57,816 bases of DNA, from sequence record DRR723986_2929. One strand, written 5' to 3'. The translations under genes and the position numbers were made by a program. How positions within the stretch are numbered: the first letter of the stretch is position 1; every line of letters starts with the position of its first letter. A model generated the notes under the pieces. That model worked only from the letters and a program-made list of their open reading frames with translations, ran no database searches and had not been told where the DNA came from. This document shows positions 17,650 to 26,786 of this stretch, in pieces.

Positions 17650-17678
17650 CTTTAAGGCTCGACCGACCCGCCCTATGT
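17650..17678 (+). promoter_or_regulatory. Possible RpoH (sigma32) promoter for trxB
   Basis: CTTT-N18-CCTATGT versus the alphaproteobacterial CTTG-N17/18-CYTATNT pattern; one mismatch. Confidence 0.35.
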
Positions 17679-17717
17679 GCAAAAGCCGATTCCACAAGGC
17701 ACATCCGGAGTACCGAC

Positions 17718-18686
17718 ATGGCCGACACGAAACACGTTGAAATCCTGATTATCGGCTCCGGCCCGGCTGGCTGGACGGCTGCCGTCTACGGTGCCCGCGC
17801 GCTGCGTGATGTGCTTGTGGTGACCGGCATCCAGCCCGGCGGCCAGCTGACCATCACCACAGAAGTGGAAAACTATCCTGGCTTCACCGAGATCCAGGGC
17901 CCGGACCTGATGGTGAAGATGCAGGAACATGCCGAAGCCATGGGTGCGAAGGTCGAGAACGACCATATTGCCGAAGTCGACCTCGAAAGCCGTCCATTCA
18001 AGGCGATCGGCGAAAGCGGAACGGTCTACACCGCCGATTCGATCATCATCTGCACCGGCGCCCAGGCCAAATGGCTGGGCCTGCCGACGGAAGAGAAGTT
18101 CAAGGGTTTCGGCGTGTCAGCTTGTGCGACCTGTGACGGCTTCTTCTATCGCGGCCGCGAAGTCATGGTCGTGGGCGGCGGCAACTCCGCCGTTGAAGAG
18201 GCGCTGTTCCTGACGAATTTCGCCTCCAAGGTCACCGTCGTGCACCGCCGCGACAGCTTCCGCGCCGAAAAGATCCTGCAGGAGCGCCTGCTGAAGAACC
18301 CGAAGGTCGAAGTGGTCTGGAACCACACGCTGGAAGAGGTTGTCGGCGACGAGAACCCGCTCGGCGTAACCGGCGCGAAAATCAAGGATGTGAACACCGG
18401 GGAAGTGAAACTGGTGCCGGTACACGGTGTCTTCATCGCCATCGGCCATGCACCGTCGACCGAACTCTTCAAGGGCAAGCTGAAGATGAAGGACAATGGC
18501 TACCTCATCACCAAGCCCGGTACGCCGCAGACCGAGATCCCGGGCGTCTTCGCCGCTGGAGATGTGACCGACGAGACCTATCGCCAGGCCGTCACTGCGG
18601 CCGGCATGGGCTGCCAGGCCGCGCTGGACGCAGAACGCTTCCTCTCCGAACAGGAAGCCGCTGCAGAATCCGTTGCAGCAGAATAG
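17718..18686 (+). CDS. trxB: Thioredoxin-disulfide reductase
   Basis: GSGPAG, GGQLTITTEVENYPG, CATCDG, GGGNSAVEEA, HRRD, AAGDV. Confidence 0.97.
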   Translation: MADTKHVEILIIGSGPAGWTAAVYGARALRDVLVVTGIQPGGQLTITTEVENYPGFTEIQGPDLMVKMQEHAEAMGAKVENDHIAEVDLESRPFKAIGESGTVYTADSIIICTGAQAKWLGLPTEEKFKGFGVSACATCDGFFYRGREVMVVGGGNSAVEEALFLTNFASKVTVVHRRDSFRAEKILQERLLKNPKVEVVWNHTLEEVVGDENPLGVTGAKIKDVNTGEVKLVPVHGVFIAIGHAPSTELFKGKLKMKDNGYLITKPGTPQTEIPGVFAAGDVTDETYRQAVTAAGMGCQAALDAERFLSEQEAAAESVAAE

Positions 18687-18719
18687 ACAAACTGGTTCAG
18701 ACAACGACCGCCGGAAAGC

Positions 18720-19487
18720 TCAGAGCATGTCCAGTGCCCGGGCCTCGGCGGCGCCGGCGCCATCAGTCTCCAGCACCTGCTTCAGCAGCCCGGCGCGAGC
18801 CTGCATGATCCGTTCAAGATCGCTGTTCACCGGTGCCGCCTGCGCCGCATCGAGGGCCGCACTGATCTCTGCATCATACTTTTTTGCATTCAGTGCTGCC
18901 AACGCGCGAGCCCATTGCCAATGGATCGCCGCGTCGCCGGGGGCAAGCGCCACGGCCGCCTGATAGTGACGCCGGGCCTTGTCGAGACTGGCACCCATCA
19001 CCAATGCGCCAAGGGTCCCTCCACGCCGGATCACTTCAGCGTTCCAGACCGCCAGAAAGGCATGCGCATAAATGTTGCCAGGTTCTTCCGCCAGTACGCC
19101 TTCAGCAAGGTCCCGCGCTTCGCTGCCAAAGCCGCTGCGCCGCACTTCTCCGGCACTCATGGGCCGGCTGAGGAGCGACAGGGCAATCGCCTTTTGAAGC
19201 CGGCCCTCGATATGTCCTGGTTGCCGGGACAGAGCCTGGTTGGCCTCGGCCAGGGCATCCTGCAGCAATGCGGCCGGCGGCTGGCCATTCTGGCTGATCG
19301 CCTCGGCCAGCAGGATCCGCGCCGCGAAGGCCCGGGAGTCAGCATCCGGCACATTTGCGATCCGGGCCAGCGCCGCCGGATAGTTGCCTGACATATAGGC
19401 CTCGATCGCCTCCGCCTCCTGACCCTCGGCGGGCAGGCAGAGGCCAGTGAGCACGGCAGACATCAACGCGATCAGAATGCGTTTCAT
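18720..19487 (-). CDS. Exported all-helical (TPR-like) hypothetical protein
   Basis: Signal peptide MKRILIALMSAVL; Ala-rich helical repeats with A..L.P.. turns. Confidence 0.7.
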   Translation of the reverse strand: MKRILIALMSAVLTGLCLPAEGQEAEAIEAYMSGNYPAALARIANVPDADSRAFAARILLAEAISQNGQPPAALLQDALAEANQALSRQPGHIEGRLQKAIALSLLSRPMSAGEVRRSGFGSEARDLAEGVLAEEPGNIYAHAFLAVWNAEVIRRGGTLGALVMGASLDKARRHYQAAVALAPGDAAIHWQWARALAALNAKKYDAEISAALDAAQAAPVNSDLERIMQARAGLLKQVLETDGAGAAEARALDML

Positions 19488-19680
19488 GCGATCAAGTCTA
19501 CGGGGCTTGCCGCCAGCTTGCCAAGAGGCGCCATGAAGGCGCGGGACGCCGGCAGATACTGGCCTTGACGCAAGGGAATATTCCCGCTGAACCGGGCACT
19601 GCGCCAGAAGCAGGCCACATGCCTGTACCGCCGCTGAAGTCATTGGGATCACGCGATACATCGAGGTGCAGATCGCCCGC

Positions 19681-19709
19681 TTGCAGGCTGGCCCGCCCGC
19701 GTGTATGAG
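19681..19709 (+). promoter_or_regulatory. Sigma70-type promoter for the tRNA
   Basis: TTGCAG-N17-TATGAG about 20 nt upstream of the tRNA. Confidence 0.5.
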
Positions 19710-19729
19710 GCCCCTTCGTTTCGACGAAT

Positions 19730-19806
19730 GGTTCGGTAGCTCAGCTGGTTAGAGCGCGCGACTCATAATCGCGAGGTCGGGAGTTCAAGTCTCCCCCGAA
19801 CCACCA
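19730..19806 (+). tRNA. tRNA with CAT anticodon (elongator Met or Ile2; not the initiator)
   Basis: 77 nt; acceptor stem GGTTCGG/CCGAACC, D arm, anticodon arm CGCGA-CTCATAA-TCGCG, TTCAAGT T loop, encoded CCA. Confidence 0.95.
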
Positions 19807-20039
19807 TTTTCCAATTCCCACTTTGACTATTTTGAATTTTCGGACGCGTTTTGGCGCTTGCCCAGTTTCCGGACGGCAAGTCTTGCCGCTTCTAGAAACC
19901 ATCAACAATGAATACTTCTGGCGAACTTCCCGTCCGGAGTGGGAACAACTTTGTCCCAATCGGTATGGGCTTCTAGCGGTTGCCTTGGCGTCAGCTGTCG
20001 CAGCCGCTATTGACAGGGTTTCGCAACTGCAACAACTAA

Positions 20040-20206
20040 CATCTCAGATGGTGCCCTTAACAAGGGCCTAGAGGGAAGCCGGTGTAATTCCGGCGCTGTA
20101 CCCGCAACTGTCAGCCAGGAGCTGATGGCCATGAAGCCACTGGAACCTCAGGGTTCTGGGAAGGCGGCCTCAAGCATTGATCGGCGAGCCAGGAGACCTG
20201 CCATCG
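20040..20206 (+). promoter_or_regulatory. Cobalamin riboswitch
   Basis: AGGGAAGCCGGTGTAATTCCGGCGCTGTACCCGCAACTGT, GCCACTG...GGGAAGG and the B12 box GAGCCAGGAGACCTGCCATC, upstream of a btuB-like gene; TTGACA at 20010. Confidence 0.95.
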
Positions 20207-20385
20207 CGTCGTTCGTCCGGAGGCCGGGAATAGTTCTCAGCGGGCGGGAAGGCTGATGCCTCTCCTTTTGTAACGACATCAAGGAAACCGGCCTGGCCGC
20301 CCGTATGGATCGCACCATGTGGCCAGCAATTGTCGTTATAGGCACCTGTCTTCCGGGCGGCGGGGTGCTCATGAGGGGACCCCCC

Positions 20386-22233
20386 ATGTCTTACAGGACA
20401 GCTCTGCTTAGTGCGGCTGCTATCAGCCTGATCATGCCGGCTATCGCGCAAGAATCCGGCACAGAAGAAAATAGAATGGAAGCGATCACTGTTGAAGGAT
20501 CGCGTCTCAATCAGACCCAGACCGAAATCGGCTCCAGCGTCAGTATCATTACCGCAGAAGATCTCGAAAAGCTGGATTTCGATTTTGCCCTCGATGCAGT
20601 GGCTGCGGCGCCAGGCGTCACAATCAACCAGAATGGGAGCTATGGCGGTGCCGCCAGCGTACGCATTCGCGGTGCCTCATCCGGGCAGACCCTGGTCCTG
20701 ATCGACGGCGTACCGGTCGGTGATCCATCCGTGACGGACGGCAGCTTCAACTTCGCTTATCTTGATACGGATAATATCGATCGAATTGAAGTTCTGAAAG
20801 GGCCGCAATCGACTCTGTGGGGCTCCGATGCCATCGGCGGGGTTGTTTCCATCATGACCAAAAAACCGGAAGAACGGCTCGGTGGAAGCGCATATGCAGA
20901 ATATGGCTCCTTCAACACGCTGCGCGGAGGTGCTTCCATCGGCAGCGCGAACGAGACCGGTGATTTCCGCCTCTCCGCCAGCGGCATTTCCACGGATGGA
21001 ATCTCCAAGGCAGACGAAGCCAATGGCAATGGAGAAGAAGATGCCTATGATTCCACGACGCTGTCTGCAAAAGGCGGACTGAACCTGCCGGAAAGAGCCC
21101 GTCTGGAAGCGTCGCTTCTCTGGAACGACGCGGATGCCGAATATGACAGCTATGTTTTCGGCGCGGAAGGCAGTGTCGGCGATGGCGACGAACGTACCGA
21201 GAATGAAACGCTGTCAGGGAACGTCTCACTGAAAGTGCCGCTCTTCGATGACCGGTTCGAGAACCTCTTGATGGTCGGATACTCCGACATCACCCGCAAG
21301 AATTTCTCGAATGGTGCTGAAAGCTACTCCTCTGAGGGAGATCGACAGATCTATCGCTATCAGGGCACGTTCACTTTCAACGACATGAACAAGCTTTCCT
21401 TTGGTGCAGAGCGGGAAGAGACCACCGCCGATGGCGCGGACTCCTCCATTGACGGCCTGTTCGGTCTCTATGAATTCAAACCAGTTGAGAAACTGACCCT
21501 GACAGGTGGCATCCGCGTCGATGACCACAAGACATTCGGGTCGGAAACGACTGGCCGCCTGGCGGCAGCCTACAATCCGGTTGAGCAAGTCGTCCTGCGG
21601 GCAAGCTGGGGACAGGGTTTCAAGGCGCCGAGCATCTTCCAGTCGACTTATATCTGTACCTTCTGTGGACTGACCGAGTCGAATGCGAACCTGAAGCCTG
21701 AAAGTTCTGACGGCTTCGATATCGGCTTTGACTGGACATCCGAAAATGGCCGCACGAAAGCCGGGATCACATGGTTCGACCAGGACACGGAGAACATGAT
21801 CGATTTTTCCTACACGGCCGGGTACGACAATATTGCGCTCGTAAAATCACAGGGCATCGAGCTGTACGGTTCCTACCAGTTCTCCGACTGGATCGGTGTG
21901 GCAGCGAACTATGCGCATATTGATGCTGAGGACGGAGACGGCAATGAACTCTCGCGACTGCCGGAAAACTCAGGCGACGTGACCGTGTCGATCGACCCTG
22001 AGGGCCCCTTCTCCGGTGCGGTTCTCATAAGGTTTAACGGTGACGAGGCGAACACGGACGGTACTACGCTGGACGGGTGGACGCGGGTCGATCTGACCGG
22101 CAGCTATGACCTGACTGACAGAGTCGAACTCTACGGCCGCATCGAAAACCTGTTCGACGAGGAATACCAGCAGGTTCTCGGTTATGGCACCCCTGGCCTG
22201 TCCGGCTCTATCGGCATCCGGTTGCGTTACTAG
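20386..22233 (+). CDS. btuB: TonB-dependent cobalamin receptor
   Basis: Signal peptide, EAITVEG TonB box, plug (IRG, LIDGV, RIEVLKGPQSTLWGSDAIGGV), IENLFDEEY, terminal Y; under a B12 riboswitch. Confidence 0.9.
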   Translation: MSYRTALLSAAAISLIMPAIAQESGTEENRMEAITVEGSRLNQTQTEIGSSVSIITAEDLEKLDFDFALDAVAAAPGVTINQNGSYGGAASVRIRGASSGQTLVLIDGVPVGDPSVTDGSFNFAYLDTDNIDRIEVLKGPQSTLWGSDAIGGVVSIMTKKPEERLGGSAYAEYGSFNTLRGGASIGSANETGDFRLSASGISTDGISKADEANGNGEEDAYDSTTLSAKGGLNLPERARLEASLLWNDADAEYDSYVFGAEGSVGDGDERTENETLSGNVSLKVPLFDDRFENLLMVGYSDITRKNFSNGAESYSSEGDRQIYRYQGTFTFNDMNKLSFGAEREETTADGADSSIDGLFGLYEFKPVEKLTLTGGIRVDDHKTFGSETTGRLAAAYNPVEQVVLRASWGQGFKAPSIFQSTYICTFCGLTESNANLKPESSDGFDIGFDWTSENGRTKAGITWFDQDTENMIDFSYTAGYDNIALVKSQGIELYGSYQFSDWIGVAANYAHIDAEDGDGNELSRLPENSGDVTVSIDPEGPFSGAVLIRFNGDEANTDGTTLDGWTRVDLTGSYDLTDRVELYGRIENLFDEEYQQVLGYGTPGLSGSIGIRLRY

Positions 22234-22241
22234 GTGACGGA

Positions 22242-23084
22242 ATGTCGAGATTGATGATCCTGCTAATGTTGTTCGGCCCGGCTGCCTGCGGCGTCCCCAC
22301 CCAGACGCTGGCGCCGAATGCCCAACGGCCCATGCGGATCGTCAGTCTCGACTACTGCGCCGATCAGTATGTCCTGAAGCTCGCAGACCGCGACCAAATT
22401 CTCGCGCTTTCTCCCGAAGCGGCGAGAGACTATTCCTACATGCACGAAGCGGCTGCTGGGTTGCCAACCGTTCGTCCCGTTACGGAAGACGTGCTCATCC
22501 TCAAACCGGACCTCATCGTCCGCTCGTATGGTGGCGGGCCAAACGCCGAAGCCTTCTTCGAGCGCACAGGTATCCCCGTGCTGACCGTCGGCTGGACAAC
22601 GCATATCGACAGCGAGGAATCCGGTTCGATCCCGAGTATCATCCAGCAAATGGCCGATGGCCTCGGACAGTCGGAGCGCGGACGCGAACTCGTGTCGGAG
22701 TTCCGCGCCCGTCTGACCGCCATAGAGAAGCACTCGGACGGCAAGACCGCACTCTACATGACCCCGGCCGGCGTCACGAGCGGACCGGGATCGATGATCC
22801 ACGAAATGCTCGTCAGCGCAGGCTTCAAGAATTTCGAACAGGAACCTGGCTGGCGCGCGCTTCCGCTTGAACGGCTCGCCTATGAGCAGCCGGATGTGAT
22901 TGCTGCCGCCTTTTTTGACCGGCCCGGCCCTGCGCCGGATTCGTGGAGCGCGATGAAGCATCCCGTGGCCAAGCAGCAGATGGAAGGCCGGCCTGTCGTG
23001 CATCTGCAAGGTGCATGGACGTCCTGCAGCGCGTGGTTCATGATCGATGCCATCGAAGCGCTGGCGGAAGGGGGTGAGTTATGA
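22242..23084 (+). CDS. btuF: Cobalamin ABC transporter substrate-binding lipoprotein
   Basis: AAC lipobox, RIVSLDYCADQ, E.VL.LKPDLI, LERL...PD; operon context. Confidence 0.8.
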   Translation: MSRLMILLMLFGPAACGVPTQTLAPNAQRPMRIVSLDYCADQYVLKLADRDQILALSPEAARDYSYMHEAAAGLPTVRPVTEDVLILKPDLIVRSYGGGPNAEAFFERTGIPVLTVGWTTHIDSEESGSIPSIIQQMADGLGQSERGRELVSEFRARLTAIEKHSDGKTALYMTPAGVTSGPGSMIHEMLVSAGFKNFEQEPGWRALPLERLAYEQPDVIAAAFFDRPGPAPDSWSAMKHPVAKQQMEGRPVVHLQGAWTSCSAWFMIDAIEALAEGGEL

Positions 23085-24070
23085 CGCAGCGGCTTCTGGT
23101 TCCCGGTCTGCTCCTCGCTTGCCTCACCACTATCTTTACCGCCTGCCTGCTCGGATCGACCCCCTTGCCGGCAGACCGCGTTCTCGCGGCCTTTTTCGGA
23201 GGTGCAGATCTCGGCGACCGCCTGGTTGTCTGGCAGATCCGTCTGCCGCGTGCACTGGCTGCCTTCTTTACAGGTGCAGCGCTGGGCATCAGCGGGGCGG
23301 CCTTGCAAGGCCTGCTCAGGAATCCGCTGGCCGAGCCCGGCGTCCTCGGCGTCTCGGCATCAGCATCGCTCTTCGCAACATTTTCTCTCTATTATGGGCT
23401 GGCCGCACTATCCCCATGGGTGCTGCCTATCTCGGCAATTGCCGGCGCGCTCACCGCCACCGCGCTCATTGCGCTGGCAGCCATCCGTACCCGGTCCGTT
23501 GTCACGCTGATCCTGATTGGTGTTGGCCTGTCGAGCTTCTCAGGTGCCGCGATGAGCCTGTTGATGAATCTCGCCCCCAACCCGTTCTCTTTGACTGACA
23601 TGATCAACTGGATGCTCGGCTCGGTAGCCAATCGAAGTTTTGAGGAAATCGGTCTGGCAGCGCCGTTCCTGATTGCAGGGGCGGCAATTCTGCTGTCATC
23701 CCGGCGAGGCCTCTCGGCGCTGACACTGGGAGAAGAAGCTGCGACAGGCGTTGGGCTCAACCTGCGCAACCAGCGCATTCTGACCGTACTCGGTGCAGGC
23801 CTGGCGACCGGTGGATCGGTAGCGCTCGCGGGCGCCATCGGCTTTGTTGGCATCGTCGCGCCACACATCATCCGGCCTTTCGTCAAGCACGACCCGGCAC
23901 GGTCCCTGATACCCTCCGCCTTGCTGGCCGGCCTCATCCTGATGATCGCTGACATTGCCATTCGTATCCTGCCGACATCGAACGAACTCAAACTCGGTGT
24001 GGTCGCAGCGCTGATCGGCGCGCCGGCCTTTGTCTGGATCGCAGTACAGAGGCGCGCACTCAATGGCTGA
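23081..24070 (+). CDS. btuC: FecCD/BtuC ABC permease
   Basis: IRLPR, LQGLLRNPLAEPGVLGVS, LGEEAA..G, GAIGFVGIVAPH. Confidence 0.9.
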   Translation: MTQRLLVPGLLLACLTTIFTACLLGSTPLPADRVLAAFFGGADLGDRLVVWQIRLPRALAAFFTGAALGISGAALQGLLRNPLAEPGVLGVSASASLFATFSLYYGLAALSPWVLPISAIAGALTATALIALAAIRTRSVVTLILIGVGLSSFSGAAMSLLMNLAPNPFSLTDMINWMLGSVANRSFEEIGLAAPFLIAGAAILLSSRRGLSALTLGEEAATGVGLNLRNQRILTVLGAGLATGGSVALAGAIGFVGIVAPHIIRPFVKHDPARSLIPSALLAGLILMIADIAIRILPTSNELKLGVVAALIGAPAFVWIAVQRRALNG

Positions 24071-24824
24071 GCTCCTCACGCAAGACCTCTCCGTCAAGGC
24101 GGACGCCACTTTGCTGGTTCGCGAAGCGAATTTGCGGCTCATACCCGGGGAACTTGTTGCCCTGCTGGGGCCGAACGGCGCGGGCAAGACCAGCCTGCTG
24201 AAGGCGGCGCTTGGTCTGGAGAAGCGTTCGGCGGGTCTGGCCACGCTTGATGGAACAGACAGCGAAAAGCTCTCCCCCATGCAGCGCGCCCGCCGCGTTG
24301 CCTACCTGCCCCAGCAACGGCCGCTGGCCTGGCCGAACACGGTGCGCGATGTCGTGGCCCTCGGCCGGTTTGCGTATGGCGCGGCGCCCGGAAAACTCGG
24401 CCCCGCAGATGCAGAAGCCGTGGACAAGGCGATTGCGCAATGCGGCCTGGTAGACCTGGGAGACCGGAACACGGATACACTATCAGGTGGAGAACTGGCC
24501 CGCGTCCATTGTGCCCGCGCCTTTGCCGCCAATGCACCACTGCTTGTCGCCGATGAGCCCGTCGCCGCGCTTGATCCGCGTCATCAGTTCAGCACGATGG
24601 ATATTGTCCGCCAGTTCGTCGACGACGGTGGTGGCGCGCTGGTCGTTCTGCATGACATCGCTTTGGCCGCGCGCTACGCAACGCGCATGGTGTGGATGAA
24701 GGAGTCGCGGATCGTCGCCGATGGCCCACCGGAAGAAACGCTGACGCCCGAACGGCTTGCCGAAATCTATGGCGTGCGCTCCCGCATAGATGGCCGGACA
24801 GTCGAAATCGAAGGCACTCTATGA
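24063..24824 (+). CDS. btuD: ABC transporter ATPase (BtuD/FepC-like)
   Basis: GPNGAGKT, LSGGE, LVADEP, LHD. Confidence 0.9.
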   Translation: MAELLTQDLSVKADATLLVREANLRLIPGELVALLGPNGAGKTSLLKAALGLEKRSAGLATLDGTDSEKLSPMQRARRVAYLPQQRPLAWPNTVRDVVALGRFAYGAAPGKLGPADAEAVDKAIAQCGLVDLGDRNTDTLSGGELARVHCARAFAANAPLLVADEPVAALDPRHQFSTMDIVRQFVDDGGGALVVLHDIALAARYATRMVWMKESRIVADGPPEETLTPERLAEIYGVRSRIDGRTVEIEGTL

Positions 24825-26308
24825 CGGCGAAAGCCCTTATGCTGCAGGGAACAGGCTCCGACGTCGGAAAATCCGTTCTCACTGCGGCGCTCTGCCGGAT
24901 CGCCAAACGCAGAGGGCTAAGCGTCGCCCCCTTCAAACCCCAGAACATGTCGAACAATGCTGCCGCCTGCCCTGGCGGCGGAGAGATTGGCCGCGCGCAG
25001 GCGCTCCAGGCGCTGGCCTGCGGACTGGCGCCATGCACCGATTTCAATCCGGTCCTCCTGAAGCCTGAGACCGACCGGCGTGCACAATTGATTGTTCACG
25101 GCAAGGCCGTCTCGTCCATGGATGCTGCCCACTACATAGCGCACCGCGGCGAGCTTCTGGACAAGGTGCTCGAAAGCTTCGACCGGCTGACGGCATCATA
25201 TGATCTCGTCATTGTGGAAGGCGCCGGCAGCCCGTCAGAGATCAATCTGCGCGAGAGGGATATCGCCAATATGGGCTTTGCTCGCCGCGCTGGCGTCCCC
25301 GTCTGCCTGATCGGCGATATCGACCGCGGCGGTGTCATCGCCAGCCTTATCGGCACGAGAGCGGTGCTCGAGCCGGACGATGCTGCGATGATCACGGGTT
25401 TCCTGATCAACAAATTCAGAGGGGACCCAGCGCTATTCTATGATGGCCTAAGGGCGATTGAACAACGCACGGGCTGGCCGTGCCACGGCGTCATTCCCTG
25501 GCTGCAAGCAACTGCCGCACTGCCGGCCGAGGATGCCGTGGTTCTCTCCCGGCCTGCACGCCCCTTCGGGGGTGCATTGAAAATCGCCGCCCCGATGCTG
25601 TCGCGTATAGCGAATTTCGATGATGCCGATCCATTGAGACAGGAACCGGACGTGGACTTTTTCTGGGTCCCTCCGGGCCGGCACATTCCGCGCGATACGG
25701 ATATGGTCATTCTGTTCGGCACCAAATCCACGCTGGGTGATCTCGCCTTCCTTCGCCAGCAGGGTTGGGACCATGATATTATCGCACATGCCCGATCAGG
25801 TGGACGCGTGCTCGGCATCTGCGGCGGCTACCAGATGCTCGGTCGACAGATCATGGACCCGAAAGGTGTCGACGGTGCACCTGGTGAGGCTCAAGGATTG
25901 GGCCTGCTGGAGGTCAATACGCTTATGAAATCAGAAAAGAAGGTCGAACCGGCCACCGGTGAGTGCGCCATAGATGGCGCAGTCGTCTCGGGTTATGAAA
26001 TCCACACGGGACAGACTACCGGCACGGACACCGCTCGCCCGATGTTCCACCTTGGTGGAATGCCGGACGGCGCCCGCAGCGCGAATGGCCTTGTTGAGGG
26101 AACTTACCTGCACGGTGCGTTTACGAACGATGCCTTTCGACAGGCCTGGCTCGCTCGTGCTGGCGGTACTGCTGATCTCGGCGGCGCCGGTTACAGCGCC
26201 ATTGTTGAACGCGCACTCGACAGTCTGGCGGACGGGGTTGAAGCTGTTGTGAATTTCGAAGCGTTGCTGCAAATGGCTCAACCGGCTGGCTGGCATCCGG
26301 CAAGCTGA
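24821..26308 (+). CDS. cobQ: Cobyric acid synthase
   Basis: QGTGSDVGKS, PFKPQNMSNN, EGAGSPSEINL, DIDRGG, ICGGYQML, GYEIH, YLHG; ATGA overlap with btuD. Confidence 0.96.
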   Translation: MTAKALMLQGTGSDVGKSVLTAALCRIAKRRGLSVAPFKPQNMSNNAAACPGGGEIGRAQALQALACGLAPCTDFNPVLLKPETDRRAQLIVHGKAVSSMDAAHYIAHRGELLDKVLESFDRLTASYDLVIVEGAGSPSEINLRERDIANMGFARRAGVPVCLIGDIDRGGVIASLIGTRAVLEPDDAAMITGFLINKFRGDPALFYDGLRAIEQRTGWPCHGVIPWLQATAALPAEDAVVLSRPARPFGGALKIAAPMLSRIANFDDADPLRQEPDVDFFWVPPGRHIPRDTDMVILFGTKSTLGDLAFLRQQGWDHDIIAHARSGGRVLGICGGYQMLGRQIMDPKGVDGAPGEAQGLGLLEVNTLMKSEKKVEPATGECAIDGAVVSGYEIHTGQTTGTDTARPMFHLGGMPDGARSANGLVEGTYLHGAFTNDAFRQAWLARAGGTADLGGAGYSAIVERALDSLADGVEAVVNFEALLQMAQPAGWHPAS

Positions 26309-26360
26309 CAAGCACGTCCGCACAGTAATGGGCCAACCGGGCATTCCGGCCATGTTGACG

Positions 26361-26732
26361 TTATTCCTGACTTGAGCCGATTTTCCCCATCGACCAAAGC
26401 ACCGCGATCCAACCGGCCTTTACACGCGGCAGGGCCAGCATGACGGCTCCGGTGACGGTGATTGCCGCGCCCAGCAGGGTGATCCATAGCGGCAGCTCCG
26501 ACATCGACACAAAAAATGTGACCGCCACGAGGAATGGCGCCAGCATCAGCACAGTTAGCCAGGCTGGCCCGTCCTCGGAGGGAACCTGGCCTAGAGGCGC
26601 GCCACAACAGGCACATACATCCACTGGTTTCAGGTACGCCCGGTAGAGCGTCCCTCGCCCACAAGCAGGACATTTCAGCGACAATCCACGGAAGAGCGCG
26701 GTGTTGGAAGAAGGCGTGGTAGTCTCAGGCAT
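26361..26732 (-). CDS. DUF983 family protein (Zn ribbon plus 2 TM)
   Basis: RGLSLKCPACGRG.LY..YLK...C..CG, DGPAW, LP.VK. Confidence 0.88.
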   Translation of the reverse strand: MPETTTPSSNTALFRGLSLKCPACGRGTLYRAYLKPVDVCACCGAPLGQVPSEDGPAWLTVLMLAPFLVAVTFFVSMSELPLWITLLGAAITVTGAVMLALPRVKAGWIAVLWSMGKIGSSQE

Positions 26733-26786
26733 TGGTGATTGGCCTAAACTCGCAGGGCAAACGTACCCGGCCAGACGCCTTCGCCG

